In this document: positions 41,367 to 52,275 of the stretch, in pieces
Layout: each line of letters begins with the position of its first letter
Numbering within the stretch: the first letter of the stretch is position 1
Assembly: GCA_965225855.1 (NCBI GenBank)
Contig: CBDDCK010000005.1
Span: forward strand, 192,001 to 256,000
DNA: 64,000 nucleotides
DNA from: Spirochaetia bacterium
Lineage (GTDB): Bacteria > Spirochaetota > Spirochaetia > SP-2023
Direction: 5' to 3'
The notes under the pieces: model-generated
What the model was told of the DNA's origin: nothing
What the model saw: the letters and a program-made list of their open reading frames with translations, nothing else
Databases searched by the model: none
Position numbers and translations under genes: made by a program

Positions 41367-41936
41367 TTACATCAATTTAAGCAAGCCCAAGATACCGATA
41401 ACTAGGCCAATGCCTGTTCCTATAAACCATTGCAACATCAAAAACCTTTTATCCACTTGTTCAAAGCGTTTGTCCATGTTTTGTTGCATAGCTTCAAAGC
41501 GTTTGTCCATGTTTTGTTGCATAGCTTCAAAGCGTTTATCGATGCTTTGCTGCATAGCTTCAAAGCGCTTGTCGATACTTTGCTGCATAGCCTCAAAGCG
41601 TTTATCGACTTGTTCAAAGCGCTTGTCGACTTGCTCAAAACGCTTGTCGACTTGTTCAAAGCGCTTGTCCATTTGCTGCATAAAGGTTTTAAGCACTTCT
41701 TGGTTTTGTTGCAGCAGCTCCCTTTGGTGCTTAAGCTCTTCTTCCACACGCACCATGCGTTCTAGTAGTTCGGGCCCATAATTGGGATTTTCGGCTCTAG
41801 CGGGTGCTGGCAATGGTTGCTGCGCCAATTGGTCTTGTAGTTGGCGCTGCACTTCCTTAGCTAAATTTTCTTTTAGTAGGTTTTCGATTAGGTCTTGTAT
41901 CAAGGCTTGGTCATGGTGTTCGGCTAAATTATTCAT
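41367..41936 (-). CDS. Coiled-coil repeat protein with C-terminal membrane anchor (DUF1640/Bdr-like architecture)
   Basis: KRFEQVD heptads and KRFEAMQQSID/NMD hendecads; C-terminal TM helix. Confidence 0.8.
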   Translation of the reverse strand: MNNLAEHHDQALIQDLIENLLKENLAKEVQRQLQDQLAQQPLPAPARAENPNYGPELLERMVRVEEELKHQRELLQQNQEVLKTFMQQMDKRFEQVDKRFEQVDKRFEQVDKRFEAMQQSIDKRFEAMQQSIDKRFEAMQQNMDKRFEAMQQNMDKRFEQVDKRFLMLQWFIGTGIGLVIGILGLLKLM

Positions 41937-41942
41937 TAGCCC

Positions 41943-41971
41943 AATATAGCCTAAAGTGTAAACAAAGTCAA
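41943..41971 (-). promoter_or_regulatory. Predicted sigma70 promoter giving a leaderless mRNA
   Basis: TTGACT-17 nt-TATATT, 6 nt before ATG 41936; no RBS. Confidence 0.6.
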
Positions 41972-42295
41972 GGCTTAGCCGAAACTTTTGCTAAAAAAGT
42001 CAACGCAATGGTTTGGTTGTACCAAGCACCACAAACAAGGGCAAATAAAGTAGTATGTTGTAAAAACTAGATTCCGATAACAGGAATTATTCCACTACCA
42101 AGCGGGTAGTATTAACAAACCAAGCTAGTCGCAACCCACTACCAAGCGGGTAGTGAGTTGCGACCATATTTATCCCACCAAAAAGGCAAGCAAAGCTTGG
42201 TCTAAAGACCAAACCTTGCTTGCCCACTAAGCATATGTTCTAAAAGCGAACAATAGGCCAACTAAGCCTTGCTTACAGCAACAACCAAACCCTAC

Positions 42296-44116
42296 TTACC
42301 AATCTACAACGTTAATAGCATTTTTTAGGTCTGCTGGACTACCCGTTACAAATCCTGCTGCTGCTTCAAGGTTGTAAAAACCATCACCACTTTTACCAAC
42401 CTTAACCAGTATAGCATTGACTTTGGCTTTTACACTACCGCTTAAAGTAATATTTACGCCTATTGTATCTGCACGAGAACCTGTGGCTGTGTTTTCACCT
42501 GCATTTGAGTGCCGGGGTAATGTGTATTTCTTATCATCAACGGATACAATCGTCAATTTACTAAAGTCCCACTCTGCAACTGTTTTCGGTAACCCGCTAC
42601 CTCTAATAATTAACACGCCTGTGTTAACATTGTAGTATACGTCACTGATAGAACTTACATAGCCACTAACGGTAATAGGGTTATTGCTTGTGTCTGCTGC
42701 CCTACCACCTGCAAATCCTGCTGCTGCTTCCAGGTTGTATGCACCAGCATCATCACTTTCACCATTCCTAACCAATATAATATCGACTTTCCTTTTTTCA
42801 TTACCCTTTAAAGTAATCGTTAAGCTTGTTGCACTTGCTGCAGAACCTGTGGCTGCGTCAGTATATGAAGTTGTTTGGTGCCGTAATAATGGGGTACTCT
42901 TAGCACCATTACCTGCGACAAACCTCAATTTGGTGAAGTCCCAGCCTGTAACTGCTTTTGGTAAATTAGTACCTGTAATCACTAACACGCCTGTAGCAAC
43001 ATTGTAGGTTGCACGGGTAATTGCGGGTGGGTTACCACTAACGGCCAAGGCTTTGGCTGTATTTAAACCCGCCCAAGCACCAGTGCCAACACTAAGCAAC
43101 CCATCTTTTAGACCATTGCTATCCATACCGGGCTTGCCATTCAGAGTAGCTTTATCGTCATCGGTAAGTCTAAGCCAAAGCGCTGTGCCATCGTTTTTAA
43201 TGCGGTACTTACCTTTTGCAAGACCACGACTATCTGGCCCAGTGGCTGTGGCAGTATAGGAACTGAAGACTAGGTCATATACTTTGATAGTTTGGATTTG
43301 GGCTTGGGTCGCACTACCTAAGTGAGTACCTTGTACAGTTAGCAGAGCCGTGCCAACATGGTAGGTTGCACGGGTAATTGCAGCTTCTTCGGCTTCGGTT
43401 TGCTTAGACAACTGCTTATCTTCAGCTTGCTTAGGCGACTGCTCTTCGGTTTCGGTCTTAGACTGCTTATCTTCGACTTCTTCGGTTTGTTCGGCTTCGG
43501 GTAGTTCAGGCGACTGCTCTTCGGCTTTAGGTTGCTTAGGCGACTCTTCTTCAGCTTCTTCGACTTGTTCGTCTTCTTCAGCTTGTTCAGCTTGTTCGTC
43601 TTCAGTTTGCTTAGATGGCTGATTGTCATCGGATACTTTAGACTGCTTATTTTCGGGTACATTACTAACGTCCAAGTCTTTAGGTGTATTTAAACCCGCC
43701 CAAGCACCAGAGCCAACGCTAAGCAACCCTTTTTTTAGACCATTGCTACCCACCTTGGCCTCAAGAACAGCTTTATGTTGATCGGTAAGTCTAAGCCAAA
43801 GCTTTGTGCCATCGCTTTTAATACGGTACTTACCTTGTTCAAGACCGTTACTATTTACCCCAGTGGCATCGTCATCTGCAGTATAGGAATCTAAAGCTAC
43901 GCCATCTACTTTGATGGTTTGGATTTGCGCTTCTGTAGGACTTAAGTCAGTACCTTGTACGGTTAACAGAGCCGTGCCAACATCGTAGCTTGCACTGGTG
44001 ATTGCAGGCCCAGACGGCCCAGAAGATCGATCATCGTCATCGGGTGGGGCGCAGGCCAAGGCCATAAAGGCCAGTAGCCAGGCTACAGGCAATAAAAGTG
44101 GTTTGAGCTTATACAT
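42296..44116 (-). CDS. Modular surface lipoprotein, paralog C (D1-linker-D1-D2-D2)
   Basis: Lipobox MALA-C; colinear with paralog A. Confidence 0.85.
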   Translation of the reverse strand: MYKLKPLLLPVAWLLAFMALACAPPDDDDRSSGPSGPAITSASYDVGTALLTVQGTDLSPTEAQIQTIKVDGVALDSYTADDDATGVNSNGLEQGKYRIKSDGTKLWLRLTDQHKAVLEAKVGSNGLKKGLLSVGSGAWAGLNTPKDLDVSNVPENKQSKVSDDNQPSKQTEDEQAEQAEEDEQVEEAEEESPKQPKAEEQSPELPEAEQTEEVEDKQSKTETEEQSPKQAEDKQLSKQTEAEEAAITRATYHVGTALLTVQGTHLGSATQAQIQTIKVYDLVFSSYTATATGPDSRGLAKGKYRIKNDGTALWLRLTDDDKATLNGKPGMDSNGLKDGLLSVGTGAWAGLNTAKALAVSGNPPAITRATYNVATGVLVITGTNLPKAVTGWDFTKLRFVAGNGAKSTPLLRHQTTSYTDAATGSAASATSLTITLKGNEKRKVDIILVRNGESDDAGAYNLEAAAGFAGGRAADTSNNPITVSGYVSSISDVYYNVNTGVLIIRGSGLPKTVAEWDFSKLTIVSVDDKKYTLPRHSNAGENTATGSRADTIGVNITLSGSVKAKVNAILVKVGKSGDGFYNLEAAAGFVTGSPADLKNAINVVDW

Positions 44117-44399
44117 AAGCAATACCTCCAACAAGGGATAAAGATTAACCAACCCATACGGGCTAGTGTACAGTGCCCCATTTTGCTAGGGGGGTGTTGC
44201 GTCAAGGCCTATACAAGCTTTTTATAAGTTTTTTTATGTTTAGTGTTGGCACTTTTTTTGTGTCTTAGTGTTGTTTAGTGTTGTAATGAAAACGGGATAT
44301 TATTCTTTCAGGGGCGTTCAGAATTTGGGCAACGATTTCCGATGATTGTTGTATAGGTCCTTGATTATGTGCCGATGTAGAAAATTTCATTAAAGACTA

Positions 44400-44520
44400 G
44401 GGTATCAATAGGTGGTAGGTAAATCTATGGATAGATTTAGGTCAATTCTATCAATAGGTAGGAGGTAATTCTATAGATAGATTTGGGTCGATTCTATTAT
44501 ATAGGTGGGAGGTTATTCTA
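44400..44520. repeat. 23/24-bp alternating array, family d
   Basis: tatcaataggtggtaggtaaatc / tatggatagatttaggtcaattc and further units; homologous to 52124-52275. Confidence 0.8.
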
Positions 44521-44574
44521 GTGTTTCTTGGTTTGTGGCTTTGGGGTTGTTGGTTGGGGCTGGGTCTATAGAAA

Positions 44575-46155
44575 TTACCAATCCGTCAATACTGTAATCC
44601 CCAGCATAAGGTCCAGCCGAGGCTGCAAGTTATTGATAAACACCCCAGTTTTATTAAAACGGACACTGTCCTCGGCCTTAGAAAATGGAAAGAGAGAAAA
44701 TAGTGCAGCCTCTATACCATATATGGCACCATCGCTGCGCGGGGTAAGAAAATACCAGCGCAGCCCCGTTTGCATAGCCAAAGTAAAATACTGTAATGAG
44801 CTGCGCGGGCTTAGCATTTCCTTTGAATTGACAAACTGCATAGTTTGTACCCCAGCCCCAATCCCAGCATAAAATTCCAGATACCCAAACCAGTTTAAAT
44901 TGAGAGTTGGGCGCAAATGCAACATGCCCAACCAGCTAGATTCGACTTTGCGAGCTAGAGTATTACCATCAAACAAATCAGGGTCGCCATATTGGTCGCG
45001 CACCGTAATTAGGCTAAAATCCATAGGAATGTTGTTTGCCAAACGGAACAAGAAGGCAAAGCGATCGAGACTCAAACCGCTATTACCCAAACCAAACATT
45101 AAAGAATGAGAAAAGTCTGGCTCTACAAACTTTCGTTTGTTTTTCAAAAAGGCCCAGCTCAATTCCAAGCTACCAAAACCAAACGGATAGATGAGTTGGC
45201 TATCTGGATTGGGGTTATTGAGGCTACCAAAACTAATATCGAGCCTACGCTGGTAAAGCCCGACTCGCGAACTAAATGCCAACCATAAAGCCGTTCTGGC
45301 ATCACTCCAAACACCCTCAATCTGGCCTTCTTGACCATAGCCTTGGTAATAGCTTAGTTTGTACAAATATAAATCGAACTGTAAATATTGGTTGCCGCTG
45401 TAAAGCTTACTGCGCAAGCCAAGGCTTAGATTATTTTGGTAACCAAGGGCCGTCTCTACATGGCTTTCTAACCCTAACTCCAAAAAGGTTTGCTGCCATT
45501 GCTGCCCACTCAAATTGAGTGTATAGGCAAAATAGAGCTTGGACCCCAAGCTTAATGTATGGTAGTTATCCTTTAAATATGGGCCATAGAGATATCTAGT
45601 GTAAATTTTTGGCACTTTGCTTTTGTCGTGCATGAAGTTTTGAATATCTTGGCCTAAAATATCCCCCGCTTGAAAGTAACTAGCAGAAACCTTTAGCCCC
45701 AGATAAAAAGGCTCTAGTCGATCGTACAATGCTTCTGGCCTGCGATTGTAATGGCTAGGGTTGCTGCGCCAAAGCTCTGGACTGAGTAAATTGCCAAAAG
45801 TATAATTGACGCCCGCTTGTAATTCATCTATGCGGGTCTTGCTGGCGTAGCGATCGGTGAGAGCACGATAAGAGAAAAACATATCCCAATTGTTTAAGCT
45901 GAATAGTGTAAGAATACCATAAGTATAGTAATCATCCATATTCAAAGAGAGATTGCCGTTCTGATAATCATTGATATACTGCAGATTCAAGTGCCAATAA
46001 AAGATTAAAGGACTCTTATTTGGGCTTGCTTCAGTTTTGTTTGCTTCCACTATTTCATATGATTGTGGAATTTGCTGGGCTTGCAACGTTCCCATTGTGG
46101 CTGTAATATATAGGTATAGCGATGCTAGTACCTGCTTCCATATATAAAAACGCAT
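44575..46155 (-). CDS. Probable outer-membrane beta-barrel protein with LpxR/DUF2219-like N-terminal motifs
   Basis: Signal peptide, aromatic amphipathic strands, DDYYTYG and GQDIQNFMH, C-terminal Trp. Confidence 0.55.
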   Translation of the reverse strand: MRFYIWKQVLASLYLYITATMGTLQAQQIPQSYEIVEANKTEASPNKSPLIFYWHLNLQYINDYQNGNLSLNMDDYYTYGILTLFSLNNWDMFFSYRALTDRYASKTRIDELQAGVNYTFGNLLSPELWRSNPSHYNRRPEALYDRLEPFYLGLKVSASYFQAGDILGQDIQNFMHDKSKVPKIYTRYLYGPYLKDNYHTLSLGSKLYFAYTLNLSGQQWQQTFLELGLESHVETALGYQNNLSLGLRSKLYSGNQYLQFDLYLYKLSYYQGYGQEGQIEGVWSDARTALWLAFSSRVGLYQRRLDISFGSLNNPNPDSQLIYPFGFGSLELSWAFLKNKRKFVEPDFSHSLMFGLGNSGLSLDRFAFLFRLANNIPMDFSLITVRDQYGDPDLFDGNTLARKVESSWLGMLHLRPTLNLNWFGYLEFYAGIGAGVQTMQFVNSKEMLSPRSSLQYFTLAMQTGLRWYFLTPRSDGAIYGIEAALFSLFPFSKAEDSVRFNKTGVFINNLQPRLDLMLGITVLTDW

Positions 46156-46166
46156 CTATAGTTAAT

Positions 46167-46928
46167 TTACAGTAAAGTTAAAATCTCAATCGAGTCTTGG
46201 TGTATGGCAACCGTATGCTCAAAGTGAGCTGCATTTTTACCATCTGCTGTTGCCACTGTAAAATCATCGTCCCATACTTCTACTTCATGGCTACCCAAAC
46301 AAATCATCGGTTCAATAGCCAATACCATGCCCGCCTTTAATCTAGGATTTAAACCAGAGGAGGGATAGTAGTTGGATACCGAAGGGTCTTCATGCACAGC
46401 AAAGCCGACCCCATGCCCGCAAAAACTATCGACAATACCATAGCCATGTGGCCGAATAAATTCGGTAACAATTTTGCCTACATCTTTAATACGGCCTTTT
46501 TTACAAGGCAGTGGAAGTTGTTCAATTACATGCATCAAGCTTTGCTTGGTTGTCTTTAGTAATTGATAGTCGATTTGCGCTAGCTTGCCAATGCCATAGG
46601 TGCGGGCTGAATCAGAAAAATAACCATTGAGATTGACCCCAATATCCACTCCAATAATATCCCCTTCTTGTAAGATTTGCTTTTTATCTGGTATGCCATG
46701 GATTACCACGTGATTTACGGAAGTACATATGTGCTTGGGAAAGCCGCTATACTGGTAAAATGCTGGAACGGCCCCTTTTGAACGAATAAATTCATCAGCC
46801 ATTTTATCCAGTTCCCCAGTGGAAATGCCAGGCTGCAAATAAGGCTCTAAGTGGGCAAATGTTTCAGCTAGTATTTTGCCTGAAAGGCGGATTTTTTTTA
46901 TATCTTGTACAGATTTCAGACGTACCAT
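46167..46928 (-). CDS. map: Type I methionine aminopeptidase
   Basis: CTSVN..IHGIP, GDIIGVDIG, DSART, GHGVG..HEDP, AIEPM, AHFEHT. Confidence 0.95.
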   Translation of the reverse strand: MVRLKSVQDIKKIRLSGKILAETFAHLEPYLQPGISTGELDKMADEFIRSKGAVPAFYQYSGFPKHICTSVNHVVIHGIPDKKQILQEGDIIGVDIGVNLNGYFSDSARTYGIGKLAQIDYQLLKTTKQSLMHVIEQLPLPCKKGRIKDVGKIVTEFIRPHGYGIVDSFCGHGVGFAVHEDPSVSNYYPSSGLNPRLKAGMVLAIEPMICLGSHEVEVWDDDFTVATADGKNAAHFEHTVAIHQDSIEILTLL

Positions 46929-47053
46929 TTATGTCTAATCCATTCGGTTTTACTTTGGTGCAATAGATTATGGTGTTTTGCTTTTATCAATATCTTTAAG
47001 CAAGATATTTTTATTTTTAGGCAGGGCAAAAGCAAAACACAGGTATTTATTAC

Positions 47054-49198
47054 CTACGAAACATCTGTGAGGCTTAAATTGTAACGCCCCATGCGATCGA
47101 TTTCCAACAACTTAACGGCAACTTCTTGCCCTTCTTTCAAATGGTCGGATACCGAATTAATGCGCTTGTTAGAAATTTTTGAAATATGGCACAGGCCTTC
47201 TTTACCCGGCAAAAATTCAATGAAGGCGCCGTAGTCCATAATGCGTTTTACCGTGCCATTGTAGACCGTTCCAGCTTCTGGCTCACTGATCATACTTTTA
47301 ATGCGGGCTTCTGCAGCCATAGCTCCACTGCGCTGGGAACAGAAAAGCGTTACCTTACCATCATTACCAATATCTACTTTGGCACCCGTTTCTTCTGAAA
47401 TAGCACGGATAAATTTGCCGCCCGGCCCAATAATCGCCCCAATCTTATCGACATCGACTTTAAAGTTTAAAATTGCGGGAGCTGTTTCTGAAGGCTGATC
47501 TTTGGCTGTGTCTATCGTTTCACCCATGATGGCTAAAATATGCATACGGCCTTCTTTTGCTTGGTGCAGAGCCTTGGTCATAATTTCTAAGTTAATGCCG
47601 GAAATTTTAATATCCATTTGGAAGCCTGTAATACCGTCTTTAGTGCCGGCAACTTTAAAATCCATATCGCCTAAGTGATCTTCTTCCCCCAGAATATCTG
47701 AAAGGACTGCGTATTTGAGGTTTTCTCCCTGGCCATTGCCCCCGCTATCGGTCATATCGGTGATGAGCCCCATTGCGATTCCCGCTACGGAGGATTTTAT
47801 GGGCACCCCTGCATCCATTAAAGCCATTGAACCGCTACAAATTGTGGCCATTGACGAGGAACCATTAGATTCCAAAATTTCAGAAACTACGCGAATGGTA
47901 TAGGGGTAATCGGTTTTAGCTGGCAGCACATTTTCCAAAGAACGCTGGGCCAAATGGCCGTGGCCAATTTCGCGGCGGCCTGTACTTAAACGGCCTGTTT
48001 CACCTACGGAATAGGGCGGGAAATTATAGTGCAGCATAAAGTGCGAACGATGGTCGCCATCAATATCGTCCATAATCTGTTCATCAGAAACGCTACCCAA
48101 GGTTACAATGCCTAAGGATTGCGTTTCGCCACGGGTAAATAGCGATGACCCGTGGGTGCGTGGCAATATGCCTATTTCTGTGGTAATCGGGCGAATCTCG
48201 TTGGTTTTGCGGCCATCACAACGCTGCCCGTTCTCGAGAATAGCGTGGCGAACAATATCGCTTTCGATGTCATGAAGCAAATTATTTGCCAGCTCATTGG
48301 CAGGAATATCTTCAACAGCAAGGGCTTCTAGCTTTGCCGAAAAAGTTTCCAGCACTTGGCTTTTAGCCGCAGCAATGCTGTTGCTGCGTTGTTCTTTGTT
48401 TGCTTCAAAGCAGGCAATTTTTAGTTTGGGTGTTGCCCATTCGCGGATTTCTTGACTAACTTCTTGGGCTAAGGGGGAATCTTCTTTCGTTTTTTCCGAC
48501 AGAGGCAATTTAGCCTTTCCACATTTCTGTTGCAGCTCCAGCATAAAATCACAGATTCGCTTAATTTCACTTTCGGCAATTTGTATCGCTTCTAGCATCG
48601 TTTCTTCCGAGACTTCACGGCCTCCACCTTCTACCATGCAAATACCGTTGTGGCCACCGGCAACGACAATTTCCATATCGCTGGCTGCAATTTGTTCAAA
48701 ATTCGGATTTACGATAAATTCGGCATTTTGGCCCGTTAAACGCACCACACGCACTGAGGCTACGGGGCCGTTAAATGGTATGTCCGAAACCATTACCGCA
48801 GCAAAAGCCGCATTCATGCCGAGTATATCGGGCGGGTTTATTTTATCAGTAGAAATGGTCATCGGTACCACTTGGATTTCCCGGCCAAAGGCTTTGTGAA
48901 ATAAGGGCCTCATCGGACGGTCAATCAAGCGAGATACTAAGATTTCTTTATCTTTGGGGCGGGCTTCGCGCTTGAGAAAGCCTCCAGGAATTTTACCTGC
49001 GGCGTAATAGCGTTCATTATAATCAACAGATACTGGCACAAAGTCCAAATTTTCGCGGGCTTCACTGCTGCAGCAGACTGTGGCTAAAACAACCGAACCG
49101 CCATAATGAGCTAGTACAGAGCCATTGGCTTGACGGGCCATTTTACCCACTTCTATAATGAGTTCTTCTGCGCCGATACGCAGGTTAAGAGTTTCCAT
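47054..49198 (-). CDS. pnp: Polyribonucleotide nucleotidyltransferase
   Basis: [49 protein letters not shown] and S1 domains. Confidence 0.97.
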   Translation of the reverse strand: METLNLRIGAEELIIEVGKMARQANGSVLAHYGGSVVLATVCCSSEARENLDFVPVSVDYNERYYAAGKIPGGFLKREARPKDKEILVSRLIDRPMRPLFHKAFGREIQVVPMTISTDKINPPDILGMNAAFAAVMVSDIPFNGPVASVRVVRLTGQNAEFIVNPNFEQIAASDMEIVVAGGHNGICMVEGGGREVSEETMLEAIQIAESEIKRICDFMLELQQKCGKAKLPLSEKTKEDSPLAQEVSQEIREWATPKLKIACFEANKEQRSNSIAAAKSQVLETFSAKLEALAVEDIPANELANNLLHDIESDIVRHAILENGQRCDGRKTNEIRPITTEIGILPRTHGSSLFTRGETQSLGIVTLGSVSDEQIMDDIDGDHRSHFMLHYNFPPYSVGETGRLSTGRREIGHGHLAQRSLENVLPAKTDYPYTIRVVSEILESNGSSSMATICSGSMALMDAGVPIKSSVAGIAMGLITDMTDSGGNGQGENLKYAVLSDILGEEDHLGDMDFKVAGTKDGITGFQMDIKISGINLEIMTKALHQAKEGRMHILAIMGETIDTAKDQPSETAPAILNFKVDVDKIGAIIGPGGKFIRAISEETGAKVDIGNDGKVTLFCSQRSGAMAAEARIKSMISEPEAGTVYNGTVKRIMDYGAFIEFLPGKEGLCHISKISNKRINSVSDHLKEGQEVAVKLLEIDRMGRYNLSLTDVS

Positions 49199-49542
49199 AT
49201 TTTTCTCCTTTTCTATTCTGCTTGCTATTATGTAAGCTTACGACATTATGGCTAGTTTAGCTTTGCATTCTTTTCCATTTAACATGCTGTTTCGTTTAGA
49301 ACAGGCAAAAAAAGATGTAAAAATATGGTGTGTTTTATTTATAGCTAGCCAAAACTTACTTAACTAGCTGGAAATCTAAGCTTTTACAGTTATAAAGCAA
49401 GTAATTCCATAGTTATCGAATAGGTTGTTTCCTAATATTCAGTACAGGGCAACCCACTACCAGCTTGATAGTGGGTTGATAGCCATAGTACCCACCCAAA
49501 AAGCCAGCAAGACTTGGCCAAAGTTTATCTTGTTACAAAAAA

Positions 49543-49705
49543 TTCTTGTTAGTTATTAAGAAGGTCTCTTATTAAGAGATTCTCTTATTGGGCATTAAGA
49601 AATTCTATTGTTAGTTATTAAGAAATTCTATTGTTAGTTATTAAGAAATTCTATTGTTAGTTATTAAGAAACTCTGTTGTTGGGCATTAAGAGACTCTCT
49701 TAATT
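49543..49705. repeat. 23-bp array, family a variant
   Basis: ctattgttagttattaagaaatt repeated about three times, plus flanking ggcattaagag units. Confidence 0.85.
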
Positions 49706-49843
49706 TTTATGGCAACGTTTTAGCTTGGTGGTTTTGGCCTTGGTATGTTCTCCATACCAAGGCTGTAATTGATAAAAGCAGCCTTGATAAAAAAACTTAC
49801 CAAGGCTGCAATAGGCCAATGCAAGCGTTGCAACAACCAAACC

Positions 49844-51673
49844 CTACTTAAAATTTAAAACTTGAATAGCATTGGTTAGGTCTTCTGGACTACCAGGTAC
49901 AAATTCTGCTGCTGCTTCCAGGTTGTATGCACCATTAGCATCACCAAGACCAACCTTAACCAGTATCTTATTGACTTCCGCTTCTACACTACCGCTTAAA
50001 GTAATATTTAAGTTTGTTGCACCTGCTGCAGTACCTGTGGCTTTGTTTCTACCTACAGTTGAGTGCCGGGGTAATGTGAATCTCTTACTACCATCACCGG
50101 ATACAATCGTCAATTTGCTAAAGTCCCAGTCTGCAATTGCTGTCGGTAACCTGCTACCTTTAATAATTAACTGGCCAAAATTAGCTATATATGATACGGC
50201 GGTGATGCTGGTTACATACCCACTAACGGTAATCGGGTTGCTTGTGTCTTCTGCGCTACCACCTGCAAAGCCTGCTGCTGCTTCCAGGTTGTATTCACCA
50301 TTATTATCACTATCACCAGTCTTAGCCAGTATCTTCTCGGCTTCCGCTTTTACACTACCGCTTAAAATAATACTTAAGTAGGTTGCACCTGCTGCAGTAC
50401 CTGTGGCTGTGTTTTCACCTGCAGTTGCGTGCCGGGGTAATGGGTATCTCTTACTACCATCACCGGATACAAGCGTCAATTTGCTAAAGTCCCATCTTGC
50501 AATTGATGTCGGTAACTTGATACCTCTAATATATAACTCGCCTGTATTAGCATCGTAGGTTGCACTGGTGATGCTGGCTGTATACCCGCTAACGGTAATA
50601 GGATTGGTTGTGTCTGCTGCGCTACCACCTGCAAAGCCTGCTGCTGCTTCCAGGTTGTATGCACCATTAGCATCACTTTCACCATCGTTAACCAGTATCT
50701 TATCGGCTTCCGTTTTTACACTACCTATTAACTGAATATCTAAGCCTGTTGCACTTGCATTAGAACCTATGGCTCTGTTTCTACTTTCAAAACCTACGGC
50801 TCTGTTTTCTGGCCGGGGTAATGTGTATCTCTTACTACCATCACCGGATACAATCGTCAATTTGCTAAAGTCCCAGCCTGTAACTGCTTTTGGTAAATTA
50901 GTACCTGTAATCACTAACAAGCCTAAAGTAACATTGTAGGTTGCACGGGTAATTGCGGGGTCGGGTAGCTTAGGCGATTCATCATCGACTTGTTCGACTT
51001 GTTCAGCTTGTTCAGCTTGTTCGTCTTTAGGTTGCTTAGGCGACTGATCTTCGGTTTCAGTCTTAGACTGCTTATCTTCGACTTCTTCGGTTTGTTCGGC
51101 TTCGGGTAGTTCAGGCGACTGATCTTCAGCTTGTTCAGCTTGTTCGTCTTCAGTTTGCTTACGCGATTGATCATCGACTTGTTCGGCTGCGGGTATATTC
51201 CTAACGGTTAAGTCTTTGGCTGTATCTAAACCCGCCCAACTACCAGAGCTAACGCTAAGCAAGCCTTTTTTTAGACCATTGCTACCCACCTTGCCATTCA
51301 GAGTAGCTTTATCGGCATCGGTAAGTCTAAGCCAAAGTGCTGTGCCATCGCTTTTAATACGGTACTTACCTTTTGCAAGACCGTTACTATTTACCCCAGT
51401 GGGTTTGGCATCTGCAGTATAGGCACTGAAGGCTACACCATTTGTTCGGCTTCCTACCCTGATAGTTTGGATTTGCGCTTGTTTCACACTGGTAGGACTT
51501 AAGTCAGTACCTTGTACGGTTAACAGAGCCGTAGCAAAGTCGTAGATAGCGTTATTGATAGTCGGCCCAGACGGCCCAGAAGATGGTGCATCGTCATCGG
51601 GTGGGGCGCAGGCCAAGGCCATAAAGGCCAGTAGCCAGGCTACAGGCAATAAAAATAGTTTGAGCTTATACAT
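49844..51673 (-). CDS. Modular surface lipoprotein, paralog D (D1-linker-D2-D2-D2)
   Basis: Lipobox MALA-C; three D2 repeats ending YNLEAAA. Confidence 0.85.
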   Translation of the reverse strand: MYKLKLFLLPVAWLLAFMALACAPPDDDAPSSGPSGPTINNAIYDFATALLTVQGTDLSPTSVKQAQIQTIRVGSRTNGVAFSAYTADAKPTGVNSNGLAKGKYRIKSDGTALWLRLTDADKATLNGKVGSNGLKKGLLSVSSGSWAGLDTAKDLTVRNIPAAEQVDDQSRKQTEDEQAEQAEDQSPELPEAEQTEEVEDKQSKTETEDQSPKQPKDEQAEQAEQVEQVDDESPKLPDPAITRATYNVTLGLLVITGTNLPKAVTGWDFSKLTIVSGDGSKRYTLPRPENRAVGFESRNRAIGSNASATGLDIQLIGSVKTEADKILVNDGESDANGAYNLEAAAGFAGGSAADTTNPITVSGYTASITSATYDANTGELYIRGIKLPTSIARWDFSKLTLVSGDGSKRYPLPRHATAGENTATGTAAGATYLSIILSGSVKAEAEKILAKTGDSDNNGEYNLEAAAGFAGGSAEDTSNPITVSGYVTSITAVSYIANFGQLIIKGSRLPTAIADWDFSKLTIVSGDGSKRFTLPRHSTVGRNKATGTAAGATNLNITLSGSVEAEVNKILVKVGLGDANGAYNLEAAAEFVPGSPEDLTNAIQVLNFK

Positions 51674-51908
51674 AAGCAATACCTCCAACAATGGATAAAG
51701 ATTCGCCAACCCATACGGGCTAGTCTGTAAATCCCCATTTTGCTAGGGGGGGTGTTGCGTCAAGGTCTATATATGGCTTTTTACAAGTTTTTTTGTGTTT
51801 TTTATGTTTTTGGCACTTTTTTTGTGTGTTAGTGTTGTGTGTTAGTGTTGTAAGGTGGTTCAAAATCCATGCCAATCAAAAGGCTTAAGGGTGTTGGCCT
51901 TTGTTTGG

Positions 51909-52065
51909 CCTTTGGGGGGGTGGGAAAGTGTAGAATTGAATAAAATACTTGATTACACCTTAATTACACTATGGGGCAATCTCCAAAAGGTGAAACATTT
52001 AATGAAAATGAAAACGGGATATTATTCTTTCAGGGGCGTTCAGAATTTGGCCAACGATTGCCGAT
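51909..52065 (+). pseudogene. hsdS: Relic of a type I restriction-modification specificity subunit
   Basis: P.GGWESVELNKILD, frameshift, then TMGQSPKGETFNENENGILFFQGRSEFGQRLP, the pattern of an HsdS TRD start. Confidence 0.6.
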
Positions 52066-52123
52066 GATTGTTGTATAGGTCCTGGATTATGTGCCGATGT
52101 AGAAAATTTCATTAAAGACTAGG

Positions 52124-52275
52124 GTATCAATAGGTGAAAGGTAATTCTATTAATAGATTTAGGTCGATTCTATTATATAGGTGCGAGGTAAATCTATCAA
52201 TAGATTTGGGTCAATTCTATTATATAGGTGGGAGGTAATTCTATTAATAGATTTGGGTCAATTCTATTAAATAGG
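52124..52275. repeat. 23/24-bp alternating array, family d (higher-order unit about 47 bp)
   Basis: Six units alternating ataggtg..aggtaattc and atagattt.ggtc.attc. Confidence 0.85.

Noticed and set aside
51855..52067. 70-aa plus-strand ORF as a gene
   Set aside because: It runs across flank DNA and the frameshifted hsdS relic; only a short part is in the ancestral frame
52124..52275. 23-bp arrays as CRISPR arrays
   Set aside because: Units are contiguous and degenerate with no unique 30-40-nt spacers, and no cas genes are in the window
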